A stretch of 64,000 nucleotides of DNA from NCBI GenBank assembly GCA_965249485.1, contig OZ252239.1:224001-288000 (forward strand), read 5' to 3'. This document shows, one piece after another, positions 60,995 to 64,000 of this stretch. The notes beneath the pieces are model-generated. The model did no database searches. It was given only the letters and a program-made list of their open reading frames with translations, and was not told where the DNA came from. Numbering within the stretch: the first letter of the stretch is position 1; every line of letters starts with the position of its first letter. Source of the DNA: a bacterium. Lineage in GTDB: Bacteria; SM23-31. The position numbers were made by a program, and so were the translations under genes.

Positions 60995-62911
60995 ATGAAT
61001 AAGCATTCAATAATACTATCGGCTCATTTCTTGAGAAGGATTAATTTCATCTATTCAGACATACTCCTTGTATTCATGACCGTGATTGCTGTCTTATCAG
61101 TTAATACACCGGCATATGGCCAGACAGACGATATAATAGTCCGAAGATTTGTCTTTGCACAGCAGATAGAAAAACAGGGCTACCTTGAAGAAGCCCTCGC
61201 AATATACAAAGAGATCTATTCGCTGCAACCCGGCAATCAGACGTATTTTTTTAAAGTGCGCCGAACTCTTGAAAATCTGAAACGGTACGAGGAATGGCTT
61301 GAGTATTTAGCAGTGGCTATTCAGACCGATCCTCGAAATAAAAATCTTCTCGGTGAACGGGCACGGGCATTCTTTTTGTCCGGAAAAGAAGGTGAAGCAA
61401 AGCAGGATTGGACACAACTTATCGAACTGAATCCGGGCGATGAATCAAGTTACAGATTTGTTTCTCAGCTTCAGCAAGGATTGAGACTCTATGGTGAAGC
61501 AGTCGGTACTCTACACTTGGGAAGAGAAAACCTCGGAGATCCTGAAGCATTTGCCAGTGAACTGGCAAATATATATTTTTACCGTCAAGAATATATAAAT
61601 GCCTCACTTGAATACATCACAATGGTAATGGTCAATCCAGCATTCCTCACTATTGCCGAGCAGCGCATAAACAGTTTTCCAGCCGACAGTAGTGTAGTTG
61701 CCGCTGTGACGTATGAGCTGGAATCTGTAAGTGAGGACTCACAAAATGGCCCGCTATTCAGAAAACTGCTCTCGAGTTATTATATCAAAAACAAAGAGTA
61801 TCGTAAGGCTCTTGACAGCTATATTATCCTTGATTCGGTGCTGGCAGCTGAAGGCACACAAATTCTGATCTATGCCGATCAAGTTTTTGCAGTCGGTGCT
61901 TATAGTTACTCGGAAGAAGCATACAGCCTATTTCGTGATCTGTATCCGGACAGTGACCAGAATGGACGGGCACACTTCGGTGTTGCCCGCTCGATAGAAA
62001 ACGCTGCTCTTGGTGAATATTCTCCTGCGGAACAAATAAATCCCGTAAATGAGCACATAAGGAATGGAGATCTTCAAAGAGCGCTTGATGAATATTCTTC
62101 AATTACACAGCTCTTTCCAAATACGAAACATGCACTGGACGCATTCTACAGAATCGGTGACATTTCATTTCACTATCTTTTTGATGTCGATCGTGCTATA
62201 GAAGCGTACAATTCCGCAATGAAAATTGCACCACAATCCGAAACCGGATTGAAAGCGACTATCAATATCGGTGACTGCTATCTTGCCTCCAGTGACAGAA
62301 AGCAGGCAACTTTCTATTACGCATTGCTGAACCATGCACAGGAAAACATGAGTGAACTCAAGAATACCGCAGAGTTCAAAACTATTCAGAGCGATTATTA
62401 TGGAAGCGAAACAGAAAATGTTCTTAAAAGACTTGAGAACCTCTTTGACAAGACATCCCGAACAAGTGATCTGAGCAACGATATTCTTGATCTTATCTTA
62501 ATTATTGAAGATAACAATGATGGTGGTTCTTCTGCATTCCGGAGCTATGCCCAAGCAGAATTTTTAATAAAACAGCGAAAATTTTCAGAAGCGGAATTGC
62601 TGCTTCAAGAGATTATCTTGGAATCATCCTCGGTTGCAATTGCAGACGATGCGGTGTATAAAATTGCAGAAATTCAGGAATCGATGGGAAGGTACGGTGA
62701 ATCTCTCAATACATTTCATGAATTTCTAAACCTGTTCCCCGACAGCCCTCTCAGTGAACGGGTGTCGATATCGATTGCAGTACTGTATAGTACCCAACTT
62801 AACCAGCCGATTCAGGCACTGTCTGAGTACGAGTCATTTTTATTAAGGTATACTAACTCTATTTATCTTGATTCTGTCCGGGAACGTATCCGCAATTTGC
62901 GTGATCAGTAA
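60995..62911 (+). CDS. Tetratricopeptide repeat protein (exported)
   Basis: Signal-like N-terminus; repeated A...Y...P TPR patterns (FPNTKHALDAFYRIG, FPDSPLSE); true start may be downstream. Confidence 0.85.
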   Translation: MNKHSIILSAHFLRRINFIYSDILLVFMTVIAVLSVNTPAYGQTDDIIVRRFVFAQQIEKQGYLEEALAIYKEIYSLQPGNQTYFFKVRRTLENLKRYEEWLEYLAVAIQTDPRNKNLLGERARAFFLSGKEGEAKQDWTQLIELNPGDESSYRFVSQLQQGLRLYGEAVGTLHLGRENLGDPEAFASELANIYFYRQEYINASLEYITMVMVNPAFLTIAEQRINSFPADSSVVAAVTYELESVSEDSQNGPLFRKLLSSYYIKNKEYRKALDSYIILDSVLAAEGTQILIYADQVFAVGAYSYSEEAYSLFRDLYPDSDQNGRAHFGVARSIENAALGEYSPAEQINPVNEHIRNGDLQRALDEYSSITQLFPNTKHALDAFYRIGDISFHYLFDVDRAIEAYNSAMKIAPQSETGLKATINIGDCYLASSDRKQATFYYALLNHAQENMSELKNTAEFKTIQSDYYGSETENVLKRLENLFDKTSRTSDLSNDILDLILIIEDNNDGGSSAFRSYAQAEFLIKQRKFSEAELLLQEIILESSSVAIADDAVYKIAEIQESMGRYGESLNTFHEFLNLFPDSPLSERVSISIAVLYSTQLNQPIQALSEYESFLLRYTNSIYLDSVRERIRNLRDQ

Positions 62912-62942
62912 CTCTCAAACGACTATTAACTTAAAAACACCT

Positions 62943-64000
62943 ATGATTATGAAATCTATCACGACAATCATTCTCCTGCTGCTTATTCTTTCCTGTACAG
63001 GAATATCGCCATCACTTGCACAATACATTCTTATTCCGATGGATATTGCCCAGACTGATCATCTCAAAGCGTATGGGGCTGCCTTCTGGACTCTTCAGGA
63101 AGGCGTTACTGTCGATTGGCTCCTCAATTACCGCGGCGGCTCTTTTCTGGTAAACCATTTCAACAAACTTGAGCAGGAACTACGCATTCGCGGTGTAACA
63201 CATCAGATCATCAGAGAACACGAAGTCCTTGCAATCAGGAGCGAGATTGACGAAGACAATATGAATATTGCAAAGCTCGAGAAGGCGCCGAATATTGCTA
63301 TTTATGCCCCACCGAATAAACTTCCCTGGGACGATGCAGTAATGCTCGCCCTCAATTACGCTGAGGTTCCCTATACACTATTATGGGATGAAGAGGTCTT
63401 CGCCGGTAGACTTGAAGATTTTGACTGGCTTCATCTCCACCATGAAGACTTCACAGGACAATATGGTAAATTTTATTCGAACTACGGCGGAACACAGTGG
63501 TATATAGAAAACCAACTCATGTCTGAAACGGTTGCCAATAAACTCGATTTCAGAAAAGTGTCCGAGGAGAAGCGGGCAATCGCAGGATGGATACGCGACT
63601 ACGTTTCCGAAGGTGGATTTATGTTCGCCATGTGTTCGGCCTGTGATAGCTACGATATTGCACTTTCTACGGAAGGAGTCGATATCGCAAGTTCTGTATA
63701 TGATGGAGACCCTCCTGACAGTGACAGTCAGGAAAGGCTCGATTTTTCCAAAACATTTGCTTTTCGAGATTTTTCACTCATCATGAATCCGATGGAATAT
63801 GAATATTCCGATATCGATTTTCCCCCGAGCAATACCGGTACACTTCCCCGCAATGAACAGACAGATTATTTTACGCTGTTTGAGTTTTCGGCGAAATACG
63901 ATCCAGTCCCGACAATGCTGACTCAAAACCATGTTAGTATTATCAAGGGTTTTATGGGGCAGACGACCGGATTCAATCGTGATGTGATAAAAAAATCAGT
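62943..64000 (+). CDS. Conserved exported protein of the family often labelled 'asparagine synthetase B' in Bacteroidota (partial, runs off window end)
   Basis: Manual translation: signal peptide, then ILIPMDIAQTDHLKAYG...WLLNYRGGSF...PWDDAV...DWLHLHHEDFTGQYGKFY...GGFMFAMCSA. Confidence 0.7.
   Translation, partial: MIMKSITTIILLLLILSCTGISPSLAQYILIPMDIAQTDHLKAYGAAFWTLQEGVTVDWLLNYRGGSFLVNHFNKLEQELRIRGVTHQIIREHEVLAIRSEIDEDNMNIAKLEKAPNIAIYAPPNKLPWDDAVMLALNYAEVPYTLLWDEEVFAGRLEDFDWLHLHHEDFTGQYGKFYSNYGGTQWYIENQLMSETVANKLDFRKVSEEKRAIAGWIRDYVSEGGFMFAMCSACDSYDIALSTEGVDIASSVYDGDPPDSDSQERLDFSKTFAFRDFSLIMNPMEYEYSDIDFPPSNTGTLPRNEQTDYFTLFEFSAKYDPVPTMLTQNHVSIIKGFMGQTTGFNRDVIKKS

Overview
A gene-dense bacterial chromosome segment, most likely from an FCB-group lineage such as KSB1, Calditrichota or an Ignavibacteria relative. 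This assignment is inferred from a T9SS/FlgD-type C-terminal sorting domain, a DUF4175-like protein and a Bacteroidota-type sdhCAB. About 30 kb is a respiratory supercluster. It holds a complex I operon (nuoA,C,D,E,F,G,H,J,K,L,M,N) that lacks nuoB and nuoI. Divergent from it is a cluster encoding a 9-heme c-type cytochrome that becomes a ~949-aa protein with a T9SS sorting domain once a 1-nt frameshift is repaired, followed by a low-potential Rieske protein, a b6-like cytochrome b and a membrane-anchored 8(+1)-heme cytochrome c. Next come a Na+/H+ antiporter and two convergent complex II operons of different type (diheme sdhCAB and E. coli-like frdABCD). The rest is housekeeping: mutS2, cvpA, rpsU, glmS, the rnc/fab/plsX/rpmF cluster, ndk, sucCD, a eukaryote-like citrate synthase, transporters, peptidases, an orphan fliN and a TonB-dependent receptor. 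The best candidate novel system is a putative extracellular electron-transfer module (quinol -> Rieske/cyt b -> periplasmic multiheme -> T9SS-exported multiheme), preceded by a sigma54-like promoter and a Rex/CRP-like palindrome. No rRNA, tRNA, CRISPR array or transposase was seen. Several single-base anomalies suggest some consensus errors.
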